64,000 nucleotides of DNA from contig CAVQJC010000005.1 of NCBI GenBank assembly GCA_963712745.1, forward strand, positions 128,001 through 192,000, given 5' to 3'. This document shows, piece by piece, positions 25,531-32,534 of the stretch. The notes under the pieces are model-generated. The model was not told where the DNA came from, ran no database searches, and was given only the letters and a program-made list of their open reading frames with translations. Both the position numbers and the translations under genes were made by a program. Position 1 is the stretch's first letter. Each line of letters begins with the position of its first letter. This DNA comes from an uncultured Chloroflexia bacterium. GTDB lineage: Bacteria > Chloroflexota > Limnocylindria > Limnocylindrales > CSP1-4.

Positions 25531-25701
25531 GTGCCAAAGCGTAGCGGTCGACCGCGGAGGGGGCCGTACAGGCACATCGCCCGACGACCGAGGGCGCGGC
25601 GCCTTCCGAATGAGGCCGGCGGTAAGGCGCGACCCGATGTGCGATCGCTTGCCTAGCCCGACGCTGTGGTCATCACCGGAACGCAGCCATCGGAGACCAC
25701 G

Positions 25702-25845
25702 ATGAACGAGAGCAATGAGCCCCAGACCCCGGCATCGGACCACGATCGGACCCAGGAACACGGCTCAGCGGAGCTGGCGCTGTCGGTCTACCTCTTCCTG
25801 GCAGCCTTCGCCTACGTCTTCGCCACGCTGGGCGGGGTGGCGTAG
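25702..25845 (+). CDS. 47-aa single-TM small protein (below the ORF-track cutoff)
   Basis: CGGAGA then ATG; MNESNEPQTPASDHDRTQEHGSAELALSVYLFLAAFAYVFATLGGVA*; GC3-rich codons. Confidence 0.55.
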   Translation: MNESNEPQTPASDHDRTQEHGSAELALSVYLFLAAFAYVFATLGGVA

Positions 25846-25855
25846 CACCGCAACG

Positions 25856-26042
25856 GGCTTGCCGCTGGGGCGCCTTGGCATTGGGGCCTTGCGGCTGGGG
25901 GTCTTTGCCACTCGGGCGCGGATCAACACGCGGGCGCCTTGGCACTCGGGGCCTTGCCGCTGGGGGTCTTGCCGCTGGGGGACTTGCCGCTGGGGCGCCT
26001 CGCCACTCGGGGGCTTGTCGCTGGGGGGCTTGCCACTCGGGC
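25856..26042. repeat. Degenerate 15-16 bp G-rich tandem array (..cttgccgctgggg / cttgccactcggg)
   Basis: About 11 units abutting element copy 3. Confidence 0.88.
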
Positions 26043-26049
26043 GCCGATT

Positions 26050-26194
26050 CCCGTTCAACGGTGGAGTACGACCAGCGCGACTCCGAATCTGCAGGTTCTG
26101 CTCGCCTCATGCAAAGGGCTGACACTTCTGGTCACCAGGTGCACGAGACCTGCAGGAATCCGGCCCCGGGGGTCGCACTGTCCCGTTGAGCGGC
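26050..26194 (-). mobile_element. Fold-back element copy 3 (diverged, inverted relative to copies 1 and 2)
   Basis: ccgttcaacg..cgaccagcgcgac..ctgcaggttctg..caccaggtgcacga..gtcgcactgtcccgttgagcggc is colinear with the reverse complement of copy 1. Confidence 0.72.
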
Positions 26195-26350
26195 AAGCGG
26201 AGGTGGGAGTCGGAACACGGTGTCGGAGCGCCGTGTTCGGGCGTCTCAGCCGTTCACACGGCCGAGACAGCTACTAGACAGCGACCGCTGACAGGCCTAC
26301 GCTCGACGCCACGACGCTTCGTGGAAGGCCCCAAGGAGGTCGAGGTTCGC

Positions 26351-26866
26351 ATGCGCAGGACACAGACGATAGCGGCGATGATCACGGCGGCAGCGATGCT
26401 GCTGGCGATAGTGGCACCGGCGACCGCACGAGACCAGGTCGGTATCGCTAAGGGAACCGTCGAATGGGCGCTGCGGGGAGGTGCGGTCCCGGGGATCGTG
26501 TCGGAGTTCCGCGTCCGCGACGGCGAGCCCGGGACGGACTCCCAGGTCGGCGATGGCGGCACATACCACCTCTATCGCCCGGGTCCGGTGCCGGGGACCC
26601 TGACTATCGACGTGTCCTGCGTGCGGGTCGAGGACGGCTGGGCCGAGTTCGCTGGCGTCACGACCGAAGCCACGGGTGTCTACGTGGAGGACGAGGTCTG
26701 GCTCGTGTCGGTCGTCGACGGCGGACGCGGATGGACCGCAGACGACATCGGCATGAAGAGCAAGGGTTTCGACGAGGACGCCGGCTGCGCGGCTGCGCTC
26801 GATGAGCAGCAGTTCGGGCGCAAGGGCGTCATCTCCGGCGGCAACATCAAGATCCGCACCCGCTGA
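26351..26866 (+). CDS. Secreted hypothetical protein (beta-rich, two Cys)
   Basis: AAGGAGG, ATG 26351, signal peptide MRRTQTIAAMITAAAMLLAIVAPATA; C-terminal ISGGNIKIR. Confidence 0.8.
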   Translation: MRRTQTIAAMITAAAMLLAIVAPATARDQVGIAKGTVEWALRGGAVPGIVSEFRVRDGEPGTDSQVGDGGTYHLYRPGPVPGTLTIDVSCVRVEDGWAEFAGVTTEATGVYVEDEVWLVSVVDGGRGWTADDIGMKSKGFDEDAGCAAALDEQQFGRKGVISGGNIKIRTR

Positions 26867-26909
26867 TAGCGGACCGATCGCCGTTCAACGATCGAGGGTC
26901 GATCCCAGC

Positions 26910-27446
26910 TTGAGGGCCGTCCATCCGCTCGCGGTCATCGGGGTGGCGCTGGCCCTGAGCGCGTCGGCGCTCTCGCCGGCGGCGGCGGTGGTGCGCTTTG
27001 AGCCGAAGGCCGAACCCGTTCCCGTGCGCTGGCCGGCGGAGGTCGCGGTGGCCGTGGAGTGGGCGGGTGTCTCGATGCGCATCCCGGCTTCCTGGAAGGT
27101 CAGCATCAAGCGCGAGCCAGGCACAGGTATCGGGAGCGGCGCATCACTGATGACCGCATCCGGTCCGGGTGACACCCTCTGCATGCTGGACGTGTTCGAC
27201 CCGGAGCGGGTGGAGACCTGGCAGGACGTGGGCGTGGAGGCTGCCGACGAGCTGACCATCTCCGGCCACCGCACCGAGCGTTTCGACGACATGTGGGGGA
27301 CGGGCGCCAGTGTCTCGAGCGCGTACTCCATCCACGCCCGCGGGTACGTCTATTCACTCCTATGCTCCGCCGAACGGGCACCCATCGACCGCTGGCTCTC
27401 GATCGCCGAGACGTTCGAGTTCCTGTCCGGGTCGGCCGAAGGCTGA
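26910..27446 (+). CDS. Secreted hypothetical protein (PsbP-like features: IPASWKV ... IAETFEFL)
   Basis: Hydrophobic N-terminus from TTG 26910; start codon uncertain. Confidence 0.68.
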   Translation: MRAVHPLAVIGVALALSASALSPAAAVVRFEPKAEPVPVRWPAEVAVAVEWAGVSMRIPASWKVSIKREPGTGIGSGASLMTASGPGDTLCMLDVFDPERVETWQDVGVEAADELTISGHRTERFDDMWGTGASVSSAYSIHARGYVYSLLCSAERAPIDRWLSIAETFEFLSGSAEG

Positions 27447-27564
27447 GTCGCCTGGGCTGAGCATCTGGAGCCCGCGGACCCCCGGGACCGTGAGCGCCAT
27501 CGCCGCTGGGGGGCCGTGGGGGGTCGGTCCCGCTGGGGGGTCGGTCGCCGCTGGGGGGTCGAGT

Positions 27565-27709
27565 CCCGCTCAACGGTTGAGTTCGACCAGCGCGACCCAG
27601 GATCTGCAGGTTCTGCTCGCGCGGTGCAAAGGGCTGACACCTTTGGTCACCAGGTGCACGAAACCTGCAGGAATCGAGCCCCGGACGTCGAGCTGTCCCG
27701 CTGAGCGGC
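27565..27709 (-). mobile_element. Fold-back element copy 4 (same orientation as copy 3 and closest to it), with tandem G-rich units at 27500-27564
   Basis: cccgctcaacg..cgaccagcgcgac..ctgcaggttctgctcgc..gcaaagggctgacac..caccaggtgcacgaaacctgcagg..ctgtcccgctgagcggc. Confidence 0.72.
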
Positions 27710-27955
27710 AAGCGGTGTCAACGGCAAGCGGCGGCCGGGTGAACGCCACGCGGCGGCTGCGGCAAGCGGCGGCTGAGGCAAGCGGCGGCTGGGATGAACG
27801 CCAGACAGCGGCCGAGATGAACGGCGGCGTGGGAACGGAGGCTCGACGGCAAGCGGCGGCCGAGATGAACGACTGAGTGCGAGCGGCGACCACGGCAAGG
27901 GCTGCGGCCACGGCAAGGGCGGCGACCACGGCAAGGGCTGCGACCACGGCAGGCT
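27710..27955. repeat. Low-complexity tail: ggcaagcggcggc reiterations, then 18-bp unit gcgaccacggcaagggct x4
   Basis: 18-bp units at 27886, 27904, 27922 and 27940. Confidence 0.88.
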
Positions 27956-27969
27956 GCGAACCGCCGAGC

Positions 27970-29568
27970 CTAGCCTCCGACCGGCACCAGGTGGACCGGG
28001 TTGCCCTTGAGGTTGACCTCCCAGGTGGTGGTGTCGTTGCCGCCGCGGGAGATGGTGTATTCCACCTTCCACCAGCCCGGCTCGGACTCGCCCGTGGGGG
28101 TGAGGTCGTCGGCGCCCTGGCCGTAGTCGGAGCCGAGCGGCACGCTGATGTCGATCCAGTGGTTGTTGAACAGGCTCTTGCCGTCGCGCGCCGTCTGGAT
28201 GACGTTCACGTTCGTGCCTGAAGTGCCGTTGGTGGCGGTGTAGCTGAAGCTGGCGTTGGCGTAGGCCGTGGCGCCCGGCCGCTTCAGGCGAAGGTAGGCG
28301 TTGCCGCCCACGTCACCCGGGTCGAAGAGGCGGATCTGCATGGTCTTGCCGGCGTGGACCGCCTCGATCTGGGCCAGGTAGAAGGTGGCCAGCGAGCCGT
28401 CGATGTTGTTGTACGAGACCATCCGTCCCAGGCCGTGGACACGCGGGCTGCTGGGACCGCCGGTGGCGATGGCCTGGATGCCGTACATGTTCTCGGCATT
28501 GGTGCCGCTGTTGGCCTCGCTCGTGGTCTGCACCTGGAGCCGATACGTGCCCGGCGCGAGCCCGCTCATCAGCGGCCACCAGGTGTTGTGGTAGGTGGTG
28601 TCGCCCGAGCAGTCGTCGCTATTGCTGCCGTTGTAGTTGCCGTCGCTGTATTCCGCGTTCCCGCGGTAGTCACCCTTGTCCACCTGGTCCTCGCCCGAGA
28701 AGATCTTGTAGGCGACCTGGATGTCATCCCCGGTGACCCAGGGCGTCTGGCGCGTGTCCCACAGCGTGAACTCGGTCGTGACGGGGCGCCCGCCCTCACC
28801 GATCCAGTGGTCGCCGGTACCCAGGTAGATCCTGCCCGTGGGGTCCTGGCCCACGGCACAGAAGGTGGCATCGAAGAGGTAGACGCGGCCGTTGCTGGAG
28901 CCCTCGGGGATGATGACCTGGTAGTGGTGCCCTCCGTCCTGGTGGTCGGGGTTGGGGTCGCCGTCGTTGTTGGCCGGCGAGATAGCGTCGCCGTTCCTGC
29001 GAAAGCCACCGAGCGTGATGGCGGCTCCCCACAGACCCTGCGAGGCAAGGGTCGAGCCGTCATCGGCGGCGCTGGGCACGGCGGCGGTCGTGGGGCCGGT
29101 CGAGTCGATCCCGTCCCAGGAGACCAGCTCGTACACGCCGTAGTAACCCTGCGGCGATCCCATCGGCACCGGCAACGCGTATTCGGCACTGGCCGACACC
29201 TTGGCGTCGACGCTGCTGAGCCCGATGGCGTTGGCGAAGAACGTGGTCACCGGCGCGTCGATGTCGACCTCCAGGCGGCGGATGTTGACCGGGTCCTGCC
29301 TGACCGCGATGGACACCCCGTCGGCTCCGTGCTGGTACGAGTTCTTGGCCGCCTCGGCGCGGGCCACGGACACGGCCGTGGGCACATCGCCCGGCAGGTG
29401 GATGGCCCCCGCCAGCGCCGCCGCCTCTGCCGCGCGGTGCATCAACTGCTGGTTGTACCACCACCAGGAGGCATCCACGGCCACGGCCGAGGCGCCCAGG
29501 ATGACGAAGACGGCCAATGTGAACAGCACCAGCACCTGGCCTCGTTCCCCGCGTCGCACGTCGCGCAT
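27970..29568 (-). CDS. TadG-like (Tad domain) pilus-associated protein with a large C-terminal domain
   Basis: RGQVLVLFTL..AVD...RAAEAAALAGA; C-terminal GNPVHLV. Confidence 0.85.
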   Translation of the reverse strand: MRDVRRGERGQVLVLFTLAVFVILGASAVAVDASWWWYNQQLMHRAAEAAALAGAIHLPGDVPTAVSVARAEAAKNSYQHGADGVSIAVRQDPVNIRRLEVDIDAPVTTFFANAIGLSSVDAKVSASAEYALPVPMGSPQGYYGVYELVSWDGIDSTGPTTAAVPSAADDGSTLASQGLWGAAITLGGFRRNGDAISPANNDGDPNPDHQDGGHHYQVIIPEGSSNGRVYLFDATFCAVGQDPTGRIYLGTGDHWIGEGGRPVTTEFTLWDTRQTPWVTGDDIQVAYKIFSGEDQVDKGDYRGNAEYSDGNYNGSNSDDCSGDTTYHNTWWPLMSGLAPGTYRLQVQTTSEANSGTNAENMYGIQAIATGGPSSPRVHGLGRMVSYNNIDGSLATFYLAQIEAVHAGKTMQIRLFDPGDVGGNAYLRLKRPGATAYANASFSYTATNGTSGTNVNVIQTARDGKSLFNNHWIDISVPLGSDYGQGADDLTPTGESEPGWWKVEYTISRGGNDTTTWEVNLKGNPVHLVPVGG

Positions 29569-29578
29569 TCGAATCCTC

Positions 29579-30199
29579 CTAGCTCGACGGGTTCAGCGCC
29601 ATGACGGTGTGGTTGGGCATGCCCAGGGTCATCGACTGCGAGCCGCCGAGGTACTGGCTGAAGGCAGCCAGGGGCGTCTTGAACTGGTAGTCGTAGTCGA
29701 TGCGCACACCGAGTGAATCGGGCGAGCCGCTGTTGACCCGCTGGCAGGCCGGCCAGCCGACCGAGTCGGCGTAGAAGTCGAGGATGTCCTGGTCCTCGCT
29801 GGGATCCATGTCCGGACCCGAGCCTGCCAGGTACCTCCAGACGTTGGCCTGGTCGCCGATCTGGGCGCCGGTAGCGTCGGCCTTGTAGATTTTGATCTCC
29901 CCGACGTCGGAGAGCGACACCGCCGAGCCGGGCGACTCGAGCACGCCCTGGACGGCGGCGATGATCTGGGCATCGACGGCCTCTGGATCGGGCCCGCCGG
30001 AGCAGTTGGCCACGCCCGCGGCCGCCAGCCCGGAGCCGGTGCGTGCGCCCTCGCGCGTGGCCTGGCTGAGCGTCAGCTCGTCCTTGAAGGCCAGCCCGAA
30101 CTCGAGAGCGATGAGCAGGATGAAGAGGAAGACGGGGACGAGCAGGGCCATCTCGACGAGCGCTACGCCCTGTTCGTCCGACCGGTCCTGGCGGTTCAC
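29579..30199 (-). CDS. tadE: TadE-family pseudopilin
   Basis: QGVALVEMALLVPVF....EFG.......ATREGAR. Confidence 0.88.
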   Translation of the reverse strand: MNRQDRSDEQGVALVEMALLVPVFLFILLIALEFGLAFKDELTLSQATREGARTGSGLAAAGVANCSGGPDPEAVDAQIIAAVQGVLESPGSAVSLSDVGEIKIYKADATGAQIGDQANVWRYLAGSGPDMDPSEDQDILDFYADSVGWPACQRVNSGSPDSLGVRIDYDYQFKTPLAAFSQYLGGSQSMTLGMPNHTVMALNPSS

Positions 30200-30912
30200 A
30201 GCACCGGCTCCATGCGCACGGTGTTGCGGTGCTGGAATGTCCAGGTCTGACCACCGGCATCGACGGCGCCGAACATGTCGAGCAGGCCGCCGAGCGGGGT
30301 CACGAAGCGATGGCGGTAGGTGACCTCGACGGCGATGGTATCGACCGTGTCACGTGATGGGCCCAGGTCCGGGCAGCCGCGCAGGATCGCGCAACGGTCG
30401 TCCTCGGGATAAGCCGGCGCACCCGAACCGGCGCTCGAGTAGGGCACGGTCACCGTGCTCCCATCGGCCATGTCGCAGTCGGTCGAGCCGACGCGGTCGT
30501 AGGCGTTGGCGGCGACGATGATGCCCGACGGAGTGGTGCGCTGTACCTGCACGGACCTGATCTCCGCCTTGTCGGTGGGAGAGCCCACCAGCTGCTCGAC
30601 GCGGCCGAGGACGAGGCAGTCAGCGCCGGGCGTGCTGCCCAGCTGCCCCGCCAGCCCGACCGCGTCCTGGCTGGCACGGTTGATGCCGAGGAAGGCGTTG
30701 GCCGCGAAGGCGAACTCGATGACCGCGGTGAGCATCACGAAGAAGAGCGGGATGACCATGGCAAACTCCACCAGCGTCTGTCCGCGGCTGCGGTCCGGAC
30801 GCGGCTGAAGCAGGAGCGACCGCGGGCCCGACGACTCCACCTCTGCGACCCCTCCCCCCGGGCCGTCGAGGCGCTGTCGTCGGGCACGGGTGACGAGCAG
30901 TGGGCGATCCAT
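30196..30912 (-). CDS. tadE: TadE-family pseudopilin
   Basis: RGQTLVEFAMVIPLFF....IEF; start codon uncertain. Confidence 0.85.
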   Translation of the reverse strand: MDRPLLVTRARRQRLDGPGGGVAEVESSGPRSLLLQPRPDRSRGQTLVEFAMVIPLFFVMLTAVIEFAFAANAFLGINRASQDAVGLAGQLGSTPGADCLVLGRVEQLVGSPTDKAEIRSVQVQRTTPSGIIVAANAYDRVGSTDCDMADGSTVTVPYSSAGSGAPAYPEDDRCAILRGCPDLGPSRDTVDTIAVEVTYRHRFVTPLGGLLDMFGAVDAGGQTWTFQHRNTVRMEPVL

Positions 30913-31098
30913 CTCGTGCGCATGCTAGGGAGCGCGAGCACTCCGACACAGGGACGAGGTGGTCAACCGACCGTGACCGGACAGTTCCAGTCGCGGGTGT
31001 GGAGGCGGGCGGTTGCGTAGGCAGAGTGATAGGCCGATGGGTCGCCCGTGGTGACCATCCGATGGTGACCGGACCCGGTACCGACAGATCCCGGGTCG

Positions 31099-31209
31099 GT
31101 GCCTACCGATGAGCTCCCGCGCGACCGGCGGACGGCCGCGCTGGACGACACGTTCGGTGCGCTCCCGGACCTCGTCGTGCCGTCGCGTGACGAGTGGGAC
31201 CGTGGCTAG
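31099..31209 (+). pseudogene. Probable truncated antitoxin remnant (C-terminal part only) overlapping vapC
   Basis: Frame reads ..AALDDTFGALPDLVVPSRDEWDRG* and overlaps the vapC GTG by 8 nt; in-frame TGA at 31066 leaves no room for a DNA-binding domain. Confidence 0.55.
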
Positions 31210-31552
31210 GGTCCTCGTCGACACGGACGTCTTCATCGACCACCTTCGCGGCGCCCGGGCCCTCCGGCCGGGGGCAGACGCGCTCCACTACTCGGTCGTC
31301 ACCCGGGCAGAGCTCTTCGCCGGCCGTGGCTCGGAGGAGGCTCCGGTCGACTCGCTCCTCGCGCCGTTCATCGAATTGCCGGTCGAGAGGACGGTCGCCG
31401 AACGAGCCGGAAGGCTCCGCCGAGCATCCGGGATGCGCATGCTCGATGCCCTCATCGCGGCGACGGCCATGGAACACGGCTGCACGCTGGTGACCCGGAA
31501 CCGCGCCGACTTCGACGGTATCGAGGGACTGCGCATGCAGGTCCCTCGCTAG
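31202..31552 (+). CDS. vapC: VapC PIN-domain toxin
   Basis: MARVLVDTDVFIDHLRG, SVVTRAELFAG, DALIAATA, LVTRNRADF. Confidence 0.9.
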   Translation: MARVLVDTDVFIDHLRGARALRPGADALHYSVVTRAELFAGRGSEEAPVDSLLAPFIELPVERTVAERAGRLRRASGMRMLDALIAATAMEHGCTLVTRNRADFDGIEGLRMQVPR

Positions 31553-31617
31553 GCACGAGGGCTGCGGGTCTCGCCTGCCCCGCGGATGACCGCTCGTCGC
31601 CTATGTCGACTCGTCGC

Positions 31618-32520
31618 CTACTCGATGGTGACCGGCCCCGGCATGGTCAGACCCAGGTGGACGATGAGCGCGTCGAGCTCCGCGAGCGTGGAGTCATCGA
31701 GGGCCGGATACGGTCGGCGGGGCGCCGCGTGGTCCATCGCTCCGCGCATGCGGTAGATGAGCTTGCGCAGGGGCAGGTTCAGGCCCGGCTGGTTCTCGTA
31801 GCGGATGAGTGGCAGGTAGCGGTAGAACGTGTCGCGCGCCCGCTCCACGTCACCGGCACGGAAGTCCCGGTAGATCGAGACCAGGATCTCCGGGAAGCCG
31901 AAGCCCGTCATCATGCCCACCACCCCGCGCTGCAACTCCTCGAGCATGAAGTTGCCGCCCAGACCCCCGAAGATCGCGACGTCGGGGTTGGCCTCCAGGA
32001 TGGCCGTGACCTTCTGGACCGTGGGGTCGTCCTCCAGCTTGAGGTAGCGGCAGGAAGGGATCTCCGTCGCGAGCCGGCCGATGAACGCGGGTGTCATGAA
32101 CACGCCGGAGCTGGCGGGGAAGTCCTGCACCACGATGGGCACGTCGACCGCCTCGGCCAGGGTGGCGTAGTGCCGCTCCACCGCGACCTCGGCCGGCCGG
32201 TTCATGCGCGGGGGCGCCACCAGCAGGCCGACCGCGCCTCGCCCCGCCGCATCCCGGGCGTGACGCACACAGGGGTCGGTCGCCTGCGCCGTGGCTCCCA
32301 CCACCACGGGCACCCGCCCATCGGCCGCCTCGATGGTGACGTCGATGACGAGCGCGCGCTCCGCCTCTGACAGCTTGGCCGCCTCGCCCAGGAAACCGAG
32401 GATGGTCAGTCCGTCCACCCCGGTGCCGATGACGAAGTCGGTCAGCCGCCGCAGGCTGGGCTCGTCGATGGCGCCCGACTCGTCGAAGGGCGTGGGCATG
32501 ATGTTGTAGATGCCTTGCAT
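31618..32520 (-). CDS. Dihydrodipicolinate synthase/N-acetylneuraminate lyase family aldolase
   Basis: GIYNIMPTPF, ILGFLGE..KLS..ER, PIVVQD, YLKLEDDP, FGGLGG. Confidence 0.9.
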   Translation of the reverse strand: MQGIYNIMPTPFDESGAIDEPSLRRLTDFVIGTGVDGLTILGFLGEAAKLSEAERALVIDVTIEAADGRVPVVVGATAQATDPCVRHARDAAGRGAVGLLVAPPRMNRPAEVAVERHYATLAEAVDVPIVVQDFPASSGVFMTPAFIGRLATEIPSCRYLKLEDDPTVQKVTAILEANPDVAIFGGLGGNFMLEELQRGVVGMMTGFGFPEILVSIYRDFRAGDVERARDTFYRYLPLIRYENQPGLNLPLRKLIYRMRGAMDHAAPRRPYPALDDSTLAELDALIVHLGLTMPGPVTIE

Positions 32521-32534
32521 GTCTTCTCCCATTG

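Noticed and set aside
25702-25845. Microprotein as a Flp pilin
   Set aside because: GSAE puts Glu at +3 rather than +5 and there is no EY motif
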